A DNA stretch of 64,000 nt from Stegostoma tigrinum (taxonomy: Eukaryota): contig NC_081394.1 in NCBI RefSeq assembly GCF_030684315.1, positions 17,032,658 through 17,096,657 on the forward strand. Direction: 5' to 3'. Shown here piece by piece: positions 25,540 through 38,045 of the stretch. Each line of letters starts with the position of its first letter. Position 1 is the first letter of the stretch. Below the pieces are notes generated by a model. That model saw nothing but the letters and a program-made list of their open reading frames with translations, ran no database searches and was not told the DNA's origin. Position numbers and translations under genes: made by a program.

Positions 25540-25835
25540 TCTAGTGAACATTTGGTATCCCTTGGACAACCCTCCTTCTCATCCACACTTCCCTGACCTG
25601 ACACCACCTGACCATCTTCTTTCACAACTATCTGCCCCACACTTCCCACTGATCAATCCCCATTACCCCTACCTGCATCCACCTATCGCCATCCCAACTA
25701 CCTTCCCCCTCCTCCCTCTATTTATTTCCCAGCTCCCTTCCCCCTCCCCAGGCCTGATGGGTCCACGCCCGAAATGTTGACACTCCTGCTCCTCTGACGC
25801 GGCTTGAACAGCTGTGTTCCTCCAGGTCCACACTG
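25540..25835 (+). mobile_element. Older PLE 3' fragment abutting the H4 pseudogene 5' UTR
   Basis: C-rich 3' UTR, decayed CTGATGGGTCCACGCCCGAAATGTT, tail GCTGTGTTCCTCCAG. Confidence 0.65.
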
Positions 25836-25854
25836 TTTTGAGTGAAGAAGCATC

Positions 25855-26147
25855 ATGTCTGAAGGAGGCAAAGGGCTGGGAAAAGGCAGCGCCGCCAAGT
25901 GCCCCGTGATAGCATGCAGGCATCACGAAAGCAGTCATCCGGCATCTGGCTCGCCGTGGCCGGGTCAAAAGCATCTCGTGCTTGATCTACGAGGAGAGCC
26001 GCGGGGTGCTGAAGGTTTTCCCGGCGAATGTGATCAGCGATGCCGGTCACCTGCACTGAACACGCCAAGCACAAGACGGTCACTTGCATGGATGTGGTGT
26101 ACGCTCTGAAACGCCGGGGCTGCGCTGTCTGTGGATTCAGCTCCTGA
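25855..26147 (+). pseudogene. H4: Histone H4 pseudogene (copy 1)
   Basis: MSEGGKGLGKG start; [13 protein letters not shown]; [21 protein letters not shown]...GFSS*; deletions and frameshifts. Confidence 0.92.
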
Positions 26148-26890
26148 ACAAATCGACCCTTTTCCAGCCAAACCAAAGGCTCTTTGCAGAGCCAACCAAA
26201 CCGTCCCATTGCGAGCTGACACCTGAGAATGGGGAAGACAGAACACAAGGGAGGGTATAGTGTCCTGCAGCTGGCTGTTTCATCTGTAATATATCACATC
26301 GCAACTCAAAATTCTGCACAGACGCTAATGTTACATATTACAATATTTGAATCAACCCTTCTAGGAATGTGACTTGGTTCAGTTCTGATTCTGGGTCCCC
26401 TGTGGATGTTTTAATGGCGTGTTCTTCCCATTTGCCTGTTACACATAGCGCAGGCAGCAATTACAAACTGAGTACGGCCTCAATATAATCTGAGTGAAAT
26501 AAAAATCTACAAATAATGTGAGATTCTGTAAATTTGTCAGCAGACACTGCATTCGTAATTAAGATGTTTAAATTCACGGCAGTTATACGCTCTGTTGTTC
26601 AGCTTGCCTGGGCTGGTTAAAAACCCACACATTTCCCCTGCCTTTTACAGGCAGATTGGGTAATTTAACCTCAGTACTTGTTGAAATTGACAAACATCAG
26701 ATTGATAGACTGATGTTTATCAGTCAGTCTGCAGGAATTATTTTCCTGCCTTTTCTGAGCCTTCCGGGGCTGTTTCTTTGTGGGTTGAGGGATGGGGCTG
26801 TATCTAACCCAGCTCTAGGGCGGGCTTTCCATTCTCTTTAATTGGCAGCACCACGGTAGCATCAGCAGTGATAGCAGGTGTGCGTGTGTG
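25975..26890 (+). repeat. Segmental duplication, paralogous to 57370-58720
   Basis: Near-identical H4 3' half plus about 750 bp of non-coding flank (e.g. GAGAATGGGGAAGACAGAACACAAGGGAGGGTATA in both). Confidence 0.9.
26178..26193 (+). terminator. Histone 3' stem-loop (loop mutated)
   Basis: CCAAA-GGCTCT-TTGC-AGAGCC-AACCA, with decayed downstream element GCGAGCTG. Confidence 0.85.
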
Positions 26891-26892
26891 GT

Positions 26893-27351
<459 letters not shown>

Positions 27352-28728
27352 GTAATCGATAAGGGACATTCGCTTCCTCGCTATAAACCCCATGATTTGC
27401 TCTTGTTGTACTGCATATTCTAGCTGTTATTAAAGGCACTGAATCTAGCTGAGTCATTTTATTGGGAATTTTCTATAGACCCCCAATAGTAACAGAGATA
27501 CAGATTGGGAGGCAGATTTTGGAAAGGTGCAGAAGTAATAGGTTTGGTGTCATGGACGACTTCAAATTTCCTAATACCAACTGGAACCTCCTTAGTGTAA
27601 ATAGTTTGGGTGAAACAGTTTTTGTCAGGTGTGTCCAGGAAGGATTTCTGACTCAACATTAGACAGGCCGACTAGAGGGGAGGCCACATTGGATTTGGCA
27701 CTTGGCAACTAACCAGGCCAGGTGTCAGATCTCTGGGTGGGAGAGCATTTTGGTGATAGTGATCACAACCCCTGACCTTTCCTATAGTCATGGACAGGGA
27801 TAGGAGTAGATGGGATGTGATTGTATTTAATTGGGAGAGGGGGAATTACAATGTTATTAGGCAAGAACTGTGGAGTATAAATTGGGATCAGATGTTCTCA
27901 GGGAAATGCACAACAGATATGTGGGGGTTGTTTAGGAAGCAGTAGCTATGAGTACTGGATAGGTTTGTACCACTGAGGCAAGGAAGGGATGGTAAGATGA
28001 AGGAACCTTGGATGATGAGACATGTGGAACATCTAGTCAAGAGGAGGAAGAAGGAAGCTTAAGGCTGACGAGCAAGGATCGGACAGGGCTCTAGAGGTCT
28101 ACAAGGCAGCCAGGAAGGATCTGAAGAATGGACTTAAGAGAGCTAGAAGGGGGTATGAGAAAACCTTGGTGGGTAAGATCAAGGAAAACCCCAAGGTTTC
28201 TATGTTTATGTGAGGAACAAGAGGATGGCCAACGAAAGGGTAGGGCCAATCAGAGATAGTGGTGGAAAATTGTGCACCGAGGTGGAGGAGGTAGGGAAGG
28301 TCTTTAACGAATACTTTGCTTCAGGATTCACCAGTGAGAGGAACCTTGATGTTTTTTGAGGACAGGATGAAACAGGCTGATATGCTGAAACAGATTGATG
28401 TTAGGAAGGAAGATGTGCTAGAAATTTTGAAAAAATATCAGGATAGACAACTCTCCTGGGACAGACAGGATATACCCAGGGTTACACTGGAAGTGAGGAA
28501 GAGATTGCTGCACTTTTAGCAATGATCTTTCCATCTACACTGTCCATTGGAGTAGTACCAGATGATTGGAGGGTGGCAAATGTTATTGCCTTGTTGAAGA
28601 AAGGGATTAGGGGTAATCCTGGGAATTACAGACCAGTCAGTTTTACTTCTGTGGTGGGCAAATTATTGAAGAGGAATCTGAAAGATATTATTTATGATTA
28701 TTTGGTTAAGCACAATTTGATTGGTGAT

Positions 28729-30387
28729 GAGTTTTTTGCTTCTGTCTTTACGAAAGAAACGAACTTTGTAGTGAATGAAACCTTTGAAGAGCAGGTGTGC
28801 ATGCTGGAATGGATAGAGATAGAGGAAGCTGATGTGCTGAAAATTTTGTCAAACATTAAGATTGACAAGTCGCCAGGCCCAGGCCAGATTTATCCTCGGC
28901 TGCTTTGGCAAGCGAGAAATGCAATTGCTTCACCACTTGCGAGGATCTTTGCATCCTTGCTCTCCACTGGAGTTGTATCTGTGGACTGGAGAGAGGCAAA
29001 TGTAATTCCTCTCTTCAAGAAAGGAAATAGGGAAATCCCCAGCAATTACAGACCAGTAAGTCTCACGTCTGTTGTCTGCAAGGTGTTAGAAAGGATTCTG
29101 AGGGATAGTATTTATGACCATCTGGAAGAGCATGGCTTGATCAAATGCAGTCAACATGGCTTTGTGAGGGGCAGGTCATGCCTCACAAACCTTATCGAGT
29201 TCTTTGAGGATGTGACTAGAAAGGTTGATGAGAGTCAAGCTGTGAATGTGGTGTATATGGACTTCAGTAAGGCATTTGATAAGGTTCCCCATGGTAGGCT
29301 CATTCAGAAGGTCAGGAGGAACTTAGCTGTCTGGATACAGAATTGGCTGGCCAACAGAAGGCAGCGAGTGGTAGGAGAAGGAAAATATTCTGCCTGGAAG
29401 TCAGTGGTGAGTGGTGTTCCACAGGGCTCTGTCCTTGGGCCTCTACTGTTTGTAATTTTTATTAATGACTTGGATGAGGGGATTGAAGGATGGGTCAGCA
29501 AGTTTGCAGACGACACAAAGGTTGGAGGTGTCATTGACAGTATAGAGGGCCGTTGTAGGCTGCAGCGGGACATTGACAAGGTGCAGAGATGGGCTGAGAG
29601 GTGGCAGATGGAGTTCAACCTGGATAAATGCGAGGTGATGCATTTTGGAAGGTCGAATTTGAAAGCTGAGTACAGGATTAAGGATAGGATTCTTGGCAGT
29701 GTGGAGGAACAGAGGGATCTTGGTGTGCAGATACATAGATCCCTTAAAATGGCCACCCAAGTGGACAGGGTTGTTAAGAAAGCATATGGTGTTTTGGCTT
29801 TCATTAACAGGGGGATTGAGTTTAAGAGTCGTGAGATCTTGTTGCAGCTCTATAAAACTTTGGTTAGACCGCACTTGGAATACTGCGTCCAGTTCTGATC
29901 GCCCTATTATAGGAAAGATGTGGATGCTTTGGAGAGGGTTCAGAGGAGGTTTACCAGGATGCTGCCTGGACTGGAGGGCTTATCTTATGAAGAGAGGTTG
30001 ACTGAGCTCGGACTTTTTTTATTGGAGAAAAGGAGGAGGAGAGGGGACCTAATTGAGGTATACAAGATAATGAGAGGCATAGATAGAGTTGATAGCCAGA
30101 GACTATTTCCCAGGGCAGAAATGGCTAACACGAGGGGTCATAGTTTTAAGCTGGTTGGAGGAAAGTATAGAGGGGATGTCAGAGGCGGGTTCTTTACACA
30201 GAGAGTTGTGAGAGCATGGAATGCGTTGCCAGCAGCAGTTGTGGAAGCAAGGTCATTGGGGTCATTGAAGAGACTGCTGGACATGCATATGGTCACAGAA
30301 ATTTGAGGGTGCATACATGAGGATCAATGGTCGGCACAACATTGTGGGCTGAAGGGCCTGTTCTGTCCTGTACTGTTCTATGTTCTA
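28729..30387 (+). mobile_element. Young 5'-truncated CR1 nested in the older CR1
   Basis: Well-preserved RT (QHGFVRGRSCLTNL, GVPQGSVLGP, FADD) with one premature TGA at 29896; ends GGGCTGAAGGGCCTGTTCTGTCCTGTACTGTTCTATGTTCTA. Confidence 0.92.
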
Positions 30388-31268
30388 GATAGTCAGCATG
30401 GATTTCTGAGGAGCAGGTCATGCCTCACAAGCCTTATTGAATTCTTTGAGGATATGGCAAGACACATTGATGAAGGTCAGACTGTGGGTGTGGTCTATAT
30501 GGATTTTGGGCAAGGCTTTTGGTAAGGTTCCCTATGGTAGGATCATTCATAAAGTTAGGAGGCATGGGATTCAGTGAAATTTGGCTGTCTAGATACAAAA
30601 CTGGCTGTCCAATAGAATACAGAGGGTGGTATTATTTGGAAAGTATTCAGCCTGTAGCTCAGTGACCAGTGGTGTTCCATAGGGATCTCTTCTGGGGCCC
30701 ATGCTATAGGTGATCTTAAGAAATGACTTGGAAAACAGGAAGTGGAAGGGTGGGTTAGTACGCTGCTGATAACACAAAGGTTGGTCAAGTTGTGGACTGC
30801 ATGGAGGGCTGTTGTAAGTTGCAGTGGGACATTGACTGAATGCAGAGCTGGGCAAAGAAGTGGTAGATGGAATTCAACCCAGAAAAATATGAAGTGACTC
30901 TTTCTGGAAAGTTGATTTTGAATGCAGAATACAGGGTTAATGGCAGGATTCTTGGCAGTGTGGAGGAACAGAGGGATCTTGGGGTCTACATCCACAGATC
31001 TCTTAAAGTTACTACCCAAGTTGATAGGGTTGTTAAGAAGGCATATAGTGTGTTGGCTTTCATTGGCAGGGGAATTGAGATTAAGAGCCGCAAGTTTATG
31101 CTGCAGCTCTATTATACCCCAGTTAGACCACACTTGGAATATTGTGTTCATTTGTGGTCACCTCATTATGGGAAGGAAGTGAAAGCTTTAGAGAGGGTGC
31201 AGAGGAGATTTACCAGGAGGCTGCCTGGACTGGAGGGCAGCCTTTCCCCTTGTGAGGAAAGTTTGAGG

Positions 31269-32342
31269 AACAGAGAACAAAGAACATTACAGCACAGTAC
31301 AGGCCCTTCGGCTAACCTACACTATTCCACGTATGTCCATATGCTTATCCAATGATGCCTTAAATGTACCTAAAGTTGGTGAATCTACTACCATTTCAGG
31401 CAAAGCATTCCATTCCCTTACTACTCTCTGAGTAAAGAAACTACCTCTACATCTGTCCTATATCTTTCACCCCTCAATTTAAAGCAATGCCCCCTCATGC
31501 TCGCCGTCACCATCCTAGGAAAAAGGCTCTCCCTATCCACCCTATCTAACCCTCTGATTATTTTATATGTCTCAATTAACTCACCTCTCAACCTTCTTCT
31601 CTCTAATGAAAACAGCCTCAAGTCCCTCAGCCTTTCCTCGTAAGACCTTCCCTCCATACCAGGCAACATCCTAGTAAATCTCCTCTGCACCCTTTCCAAA
31701 GCTTCCACATCCTTCTTATAATGCGGTGACCAGAACTGTACACAGTACTCCAAGTGCGGCCACACCAGAGTTTTGTACAGCTTCACCATAACCTCTTGGT
31801 TCCGGAACTTGATCCCTCTATTAATAAAAGCTAAAACACTGTATGCCTTCTTAACAGCCCTGTCAACCTGGGTGGCAACTTTCAAGGGTCTGTGTACATA
31901 GACACCGAGATCTCTCTGCTCATCTACACTACTAAGAATCTTGCCATTAGCCCTGCACTTTGCCTTCTGGTTACTCCTACCAAAGTGCATTACCTCACAC
32001 TTGTCTGCATTAAAATCCAGTTGCCACCTCTCAGCCCAGCTCTGCAGCTTATCAATGTCTCTCTGCAACCTATAGCATCCCTCGTCACGATCCATAACTC
32101 CACTGACCTTAATGTCGTCTGCAAATTTATTAACCCATCCTTCTACGCCCTCACCCAGGTCATTTATAAAAATGACAAACAGCAGTGGACCCAACACCGA
32201 CCCTTGCGGTACACCACTAGTAACTGCTCTCCAGGATGAACATTTCCCATCAACTACCACCCTCTGTCTTCTTTCAGCAAGCCAATTTCCGATCCAAACT
32301 GCATATCTCCCACAATCCCATTCCTCTGCATTTTGTACAACT
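31269..32342 (-). mobile_element. Young 5'-truncated CR1, same subfamily as 4631-6546
   Basis: ORF 31421-32392 is nearly identical in peptide to 5277-6422. Confidence 0.92.
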
Positions 32343-32944
32343 GTTTTTCTCTTTGGAGCAAATGGTGACTTGCACAAGATAATAAGAGGCATAGATAGAA
32401 TGGATACCCAGAGACTTTTTTCCTAGGGCAGAAATAACTATTTACAAGGGAACATAATTTTATCATGATTGGAGGAAGATATAGGGGAGATGTCAAAGGT
32501 AGGTTCTTTACACAGAGAGTCGGTGCATGGAATGAGCTTCCGGCAATGGGAATGGAGTCAGATACATTAGGGACATTTAAGCAACTCTTGGATAGGCACA
32601 TGGATGATAGAAAAATGTAAGGTATGCAGTGTAGTTTGATCTTAGAGTCGGGTAATAGATCAGCACAAAGGGTCTGTACTGTGCTATACTGTTCTGTGTT
32701 CGAACTGCGTAGGGGCTGAAAAATGGAAAAAAATTGCAGGCAGCAGCAGTGAAGTTACAAATAATAAGACCTTAACAGTGAGTGCAGAATATATTCTGTA
32801 ATATAATGTTGAAATTATATACTACTCTAATATTAACGGACTGGTTTACAAATTCCCAATAAAACCCCACTCTGCTCATTGTCTCCCTTGGCATTACTCT
32901 GATTTAATTATGGGCATAGCGAAGAAGGAGCGTGGAAAAAAAAT

Positions 32945-33355
32945 GTATCATTGATAGCCATGGGTGAGGTGCCAGAAGACTGGAGGGTGGCTCAAATGGT
33001 GCCATTGCTTATGAAAGGTGGTAAGGAAAAACTAGGGAGCTATAGACCAGTGAATCTGGTGTCAGTATAGGGTAAGTTGTTGGAGGGGATTGTAAGGATA
33101 GGATTTACATGTATTTGGAAAGGCAAGGACTGATTAGGATTAGTCAATAAAATCACGTCTCATAAACTAGTAAAATTTTTGAAGTGACAATGAAGGTAAA
33201 GTGGTGGACATCGTCAAAATGAACTTCCACAAACTGTTCAACACAGTTCACCATGGTAGACTGGTTAGCAAGGTTAAATCACATGCAATCCAGGGAGACC
33301 TTGCACCAATTTGGCTTGGAAGTAGGAAACCCAGGGTAGTGATGGAGGAGGGTTG
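32945..33355 (+). mobile_element. Decayed CR1 RT fragment
   Basis: GEVPEDWRVA, SYRPVNLVS and HGRLVSKVKSH motifs. Confidence 0.75.
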
Positions 33356-33359
33356 TTTT

Positions 33360-34810
33360 CCCTGTGTATTGGGAGTCTGTATTCTGCTGGCATTGAAGCT
33401 TGGTGTGGCAACATCAGTTGCAATTGAGAGCAGCTGGAGCTGGCCGAGGCCTTGAGCCTGGAGGTATTTGAACCTTGGATTTTGCCTTGCTGCTGTTTTG
33501 GACACCTGTATTTCTCTTTGAGTTGAATACTGCTGCTCTGGGGAGAAGCTACTGCAGATTGAGGCCTGCGACCTTGGGTGCTGCAGCCTGTCTGGAGGGT
33601 CTCGAGCTTGAGACTTGGCTGCTGTTGCTGTGAGAAACGTGGTAGCCTGCATTTCTATTTGGCCAGTGCCTGGGACGCTTGTTCCTGGAGCTTAGACTAC
33701 AACTTCAGTCAGGGGATTCGGGACTGGACTAACTACTTGGGGCCTGAACACTTACAGTGAGCGACTGTGTGTTGAGCCTGGAAATGTTCAGAGCTTGGGC
33801 TATCTCCTTTTACTACTTTGACTGTCGCCTACTTTCTGCCAGTGACTATTGCGTCTGGGCATTGGGGCATTACGGCTTTGGACATGTGCGTTGGGACGCG
33901 GCTGCCTGAGGCGACTAGACTGGCAGGTGAGGCCGAATGGGACACTCCCAGTTTCCTTTATCGGCTATGTGTGTGAGGGGGAGGTGTTCGTCCTGGTTTG
34001 CGTGGGAAGCGGGAAGGAGGGAGACGATGGTGTTTGCGGGGCGCGGTTGTTCATATGTGTTTCAGTTACATTCTCTGCGTAGCCCCCACCTCCAGCTTCT
34101 GGACGCCTGTCTGTCATTGGCTCTGCACCACGGACCCCAGGACGGGCTGCAATGCAATCCAAGCCGACTCTGGGATATTCTTCCGGTGCCATTTTCCACG
34201 GCAATGAAGGCATTATTTGCGCTGGTTCGTGCCTTCATCCGCTGCCTGCAAGTGCCTTGGTGTGCCGCCTTGCCCGCCGGGGGTGGAGATTGCCAGTGGA
34301 GGGCGTCAATGAAGGAGTCCTTCCTCTAACACTGGGGATCTGGGGTATATAGTGCTGCGTGCAATGGTGCTGTCCAACCGGCGAAAGGGCAAGTTCACTG
34401 GCTGCCAGGTAAAGTGCATATTCTGTGGCCTGGAGAGGGTCTTCCACCTGTAAGTCGAGTGTGTTCGTCTACAGCCCCCTTTTAGATTTTCGAACGGGCT
34501 GTTGTCAAAGATTTGGTTGTAATTCAGCCCCACAGTTCTGATGTAAAGACACCCGATGCGGTGTAGGGTGGGCGAGACTATGAGCTTTGTTCCTAGGCCT
34601 GACCAAGTTGGCCATTTCCAGGTTCAAGCAGGGGATCGTCAGACCTTTCTTTCTACCCACCTACCTGCCCCTCTTTCATGGTTCCGTTCGTCCCTGGAGA
34701 GGGAGCACGCAGTGCTCATTGGTCTGCTCGAAGCCTTTCGAGACCACTGTGCGCCACGGGCCTGGATAATGATATCGCGCGTTGGCTCATTGTTTCTTTC
34801 GAGTCAGTTT
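33360..34810 (+). mobile_element. L1/Tx1-clade LINE, 3' portion of ORF2 (decayed)
   Basis: GC-rich; fragments translate as GVLPLTLG..., CIFCGLERVFHL.VECVRLQP (CxxC...HxxxxC zf-RVT-type domain), FLGLTKLAISR and SLEREHAVLIGLLEAFRDHCAP; T-rich downstream. Confidence 0.7.
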
Positions 34811-35210
34811 AGATTTTGCCTTTTGGGTTTGCTTTTCTGTTCGGTTTGGTGCCCCGGGAAGAAGGCTGTCTTATTTTCTCCCTTTGTTCCAGTTTTTTGG
34901 TCCCGTTGGAAGAGCAAAGGGGGCTTTCATTTAATCCCCAAACTGTCGCTGTCCCAGATGTACATGGTGATGATCGGTGTGAGGGGAATTTTATCTTTAG
35001 TTCAAATGAGCAATGGAACTATTTCTGGATTTGAAACCCTTGCTGTCCCTATCCAAGGGTGTTTGGGGACGGAGCAGAGGGGATTTGCTTATTACTCTTT
35101 TGTTTATTTATTTGTTTTGTCTTTGATTTTTACTTGTTTGTTTTTTGTTTTGGTCCGTTGTGGTCTCTGCCGAAAAAAGGCTGGTGGGAACAAAGTCGAG
35201 AGGAGCATTT

Positions 35211-35437
35211 TGAGATAACAAGGTGCAGAGCTGAATGAACACAGCAGGCAAAGCGCCATCAGAGGAGCAGGAAGGCTGACGTTTCGGGCCTAGACCCTTC
35301 TGCAGAAAATGGTTCAGAAGAAGGGCCTCGGCCTGAAACGTCAGCCTTCCTGCTCCTCTGATGCTGCTTGGCCTGCTGCGTTCATCCAGCTCTGTACCTT
35401 GTTATCTCAGATTCTCGAGCATCTGAAGTTCCTGCTA
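35211..35437. mobile_element. Inverted dyad of PLE tails (family A)
   Basis: GAGATAACAAGG...GACGTTTCGGGCCTAGACCCTTC mirrored by GAAGGGCCTCGGCCTGAAACGTC...CCTTGTTATCTC. Confidence 0.85.
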
Positions 35438-35634
35438 CGTCCGATAGAGGCTATTTTTTTGTTTGGTTTGGTTTTTCCCCAGAGTATTAGCACCTATACC
35501 TTTGTACAACAAAGTCAAGGCAGCTTTATTTTCTGTTTGGAAACAGCAGAGTGGGCTTTCCTCTGTGTTTCACTCAGTGCTGCCCCTGTCCCAGTCGCAG
35601 GCGTGTCTGATGAGGTTCTCACCTTGTTCTGTTA

Positions 35635-36340
35635 AAACACGGGTCCAAGGGAGTGTTGTTGAACAAAGAAACCTTGGGGTACAGGTTCAAATTTCCTTGA
35701 TAGTGGTGTCACAGGTAAGTAGGGGAGCGAAGAAGGCCTCAGGTTTACCTTCCTTTTTTGGTCAATGCATTGACGACAGAAGCTGGAATGTCACGTTGCA
35801 GCTGTACAGGACATTGATTAGGTCACTTTTGGAATACTGCATTCAATTCGTTTCTCCCTGCTTCAGGAAAGATGTTGTTGAATGTAAAAACATTCAGAAA
35901 AGACTTGCAAGGATGTCGGGTTGGAGGGTTTAAGTTACAGGGAGAAGCTGAATACGTTGTGGCCATTTTCCCTGGAGCATCGGAGGCTGAGATGTGAACG
36001 ATAACAAGTTTATAAAATCATGACCAGCATGGAGAGGATGAAGCCAAGGCCTTTTCTCCGCCGCGCCCCACACCCCCCTCCCCGCCAAACCCGGGCAGGG
36101 GAGTCCAAAACCAGATTGCACGGATTTAAAGGGAGGGACGATAGATTTAAATAATACCTAAGGGACAACATTTTAACGTAGAAGGTTATGGAATGAACTG
36201 CTGGAGGAACTGATGGAAGCTGGTTGCAGCTGCAGCATTTCAAAAAAGGCATCTGGATGGGTAAGTGAATAGACGACGTGTAGAGGAATATGGGCCAAAT
36301 TGAACGAGATTAATTTAGGAGATCGGGTCTATGACTCTAA
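35635..36340 (+). mobile_element. Decayed CR1 3' fragment
   Basis: SVVEQRNLGVQV...LQLYRTLIRSLLEYCIQF. Confidence 0.8.
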
Positions 36341-36387
36341 GTCAACCCGACAGAAGTGAGGGCCTAGTTCCTCTCTCAGATGTGAGT

Positions 36388-36403
36388 GGCTCTTAAAAGA
36401 GCC
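36388..36403 (-). terminator. Histone 3' stem-loop of H2A (consensus)
   Basis: Minus strand CCCAAA-GGCTCT-TTTA-AGAGCC-ACTCA. Confidence 0.95.
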
Positions 36404-36434
36404 TTTGGGTTGTCAGGTTCAAGAATGGGACTCG

Positions 36435-36771
36435 TCACTTTTTAGGGGTGCTCACAGCGACTGTTTTTTTGGGCAGTAGTACAGCCTGGATATTAGGCAG
36501 CACCCCGCCCTGAGCGATGGTCACCACTCCCAGCAGCTTGCTGACCTCCTCGTCGTTACGCACGGCCAGCTGGAGGTGCCTGGGGATGATGCGGGTCTTC
36601 TTGTTGTCCCGGGCCGCCTTGCCGGCCAGCTCGAGGATTTCCGCCGTCAGGTACTCGAGCACCGCAGCCAGATAGACCGGCGCTCCGGCCCACCGGGAAC
36701 AGCAGGCCAGCCCGGGACGACCGAGACTTAGGCGTGGAGCGAGCTTTCGTGCTCTTTCCTCTTCCACTCAT
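36435..36771 (-). pseudogene. H2A: Histone H2A with a single frameshifting internal deletion
   Basis: [28 protein letters not shown] in one frame and [48 protein letters not shown]...KK* in another; RVHRLLRKGNYAERVG is missing. Confidence 0.93.
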
Positions 36772-36839
36772 ATCCACAATCTCACCAACACTTTCACAGA
36801 GAATACTGCAATCCGCCCACATTCCGTCCTCTCTCCCTT

Positions 36840-37020
36840 CGGGAGGATTGGTTGCGTGCTCTGTGCTGATTGGGCACATTGTTCAATATCTCCTCATGTT
36901 GTTTCATTTCCCAATCAGATTTCTGCTACATTCCGCAATCCGGAGAGGGCACGGGGAGGAAGTTGGAAAATAACGGCGCGAAATCATCAACCGCTTTCTT
37001 TCCAACTTGAAAAGCCCGCC
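36840..37020 (-). promoter_or_regulatory. H2A upstream region with CCAAT boxes, E2F-like site and GC box
   Basis: ATTGG at 36847 and 36869, CCAAT at 36912, GGCGCGAAA at 36975-36983, GCCCGCCC at about 37014. Confidence 0.6.
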
Positions 37021-37351
37021 CAGATGTACAAACAGAGGAGGTTTTACAAAGTAGAATGCATCAATAATTATGAGTTTGTTTATTTTTCGATTACAAATGT
37101 ATACTTTCTCTGCCTCATTCTGTCCTCGAATTAAATGTCTATTCCTGATCTTGAATGACGGTTTCTGAACCTTCAGAAGCAGGGAAAAACTAAATGTCAA
37201 AAACTGCACTCTACACCTGATCATTCAATTTCACATTTCAAAGGCACACCGATATGAAACATCACATAACTTTCTTTGGGATGAGCGCATTCACCGCTTT
37301 TTGACACTATTGCGAAGTAGATCTCCGTTATTGCACTGAATTAGATATTAG

Positions 37352-37487
37352 AAAATGCTGAATAAAAACCGAAAGAACTGCGGATGCTGTAAATCAGGAA
37401 CAAAAACAAAGTTGCTGGAAAAGCTCAGGAGGTCTAGCCGCATATGTGAAGCAGAAAACAGAGTTAACGTTTCGGGGCCAGTAACCC
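37352..37487 (-). mobile_element. PLE tail (family B)
   Basis: GAACTGCGGATGCTGTAAATCAGGAACAAAAACAAAGTTGCTGG...GAGTTAACGTTTCGGG. Confidence 0.75.
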
Positions 37488-38045
37488 ACACCCTAACCCG
37501 AACACTTCTGTACTAAACCTCACCCTGGCCTGTAACCATAACACGAGACTTGACAGTAAACCTCGACCCAACCGTCAATGTAGTCCGAAACATAGCCCAA
37601 ACACTAACCCGAAAACTAGGCCTAAACATAGCCTGAACCCAACCCTAGCCCTATTCCGAAATTTTGCCTGAACTGTATTCCTAGCCCTATCCTGAATCCT
37701 AGCCGTAACCCGAACATTGTCCCTCGCCCTGGCTCTTATCTTAGCCCTAACGCTAGCCATTGCACTCACCCTAACTGTAATCCCAGTCCTAATACTAACC
37801 GTAACCCCCTGTTTAATCCAAAGGCTCACACTATTGCACTAAATCATGCCGTCGCTTTACTTCTCCTCCTAACCATAGTCCGAGCAGGAACCCTAACACG
37901 AACTGTAGACACAGGTCTAGCCCAAACAATAATACTACCCCTAGACCGAACCCAATCCAACCTTAACCATAACCCCAAACTTTGCTCTAAACCTAAGCCA
38001 ATCCCAAGACCTAAACAGTGACACAAGCCTTAAATCTTGCCCCAA
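37482..38045. repeat. Degenerate (CCCTAA)n telomere-like hexamer array
   Basis: 6-bp periodicity with CCCTAA, CCCTAG, CCCGAA, CCGTAA, CCTGAA and CACTAA variants. Confidence 0.7.

Larger units (their letters stand above)
27455..32702 (+). mobile_element. Older CR1 ORF2 (APE to 3' tail) interrupted by two younger CR1 insertions
   Basis: GIFYRPP/DFKFPN APE remnant at 27462; RT resumes at 30388 (GATAGTCAGCATGG) and at 32343; tail CTGTACTGTGCTATACTGTTCT. Confidence 0.85.

Noticed and set aside
32860-32940. Faint similarity to 60635-60715
   Set aside because: Too short and diverged to support by eye
34556-35218. 220-aa hydrophobic ORF suggesting a membrane protein
   Set aside because: Tx1-like element end read through into a T-rich tract
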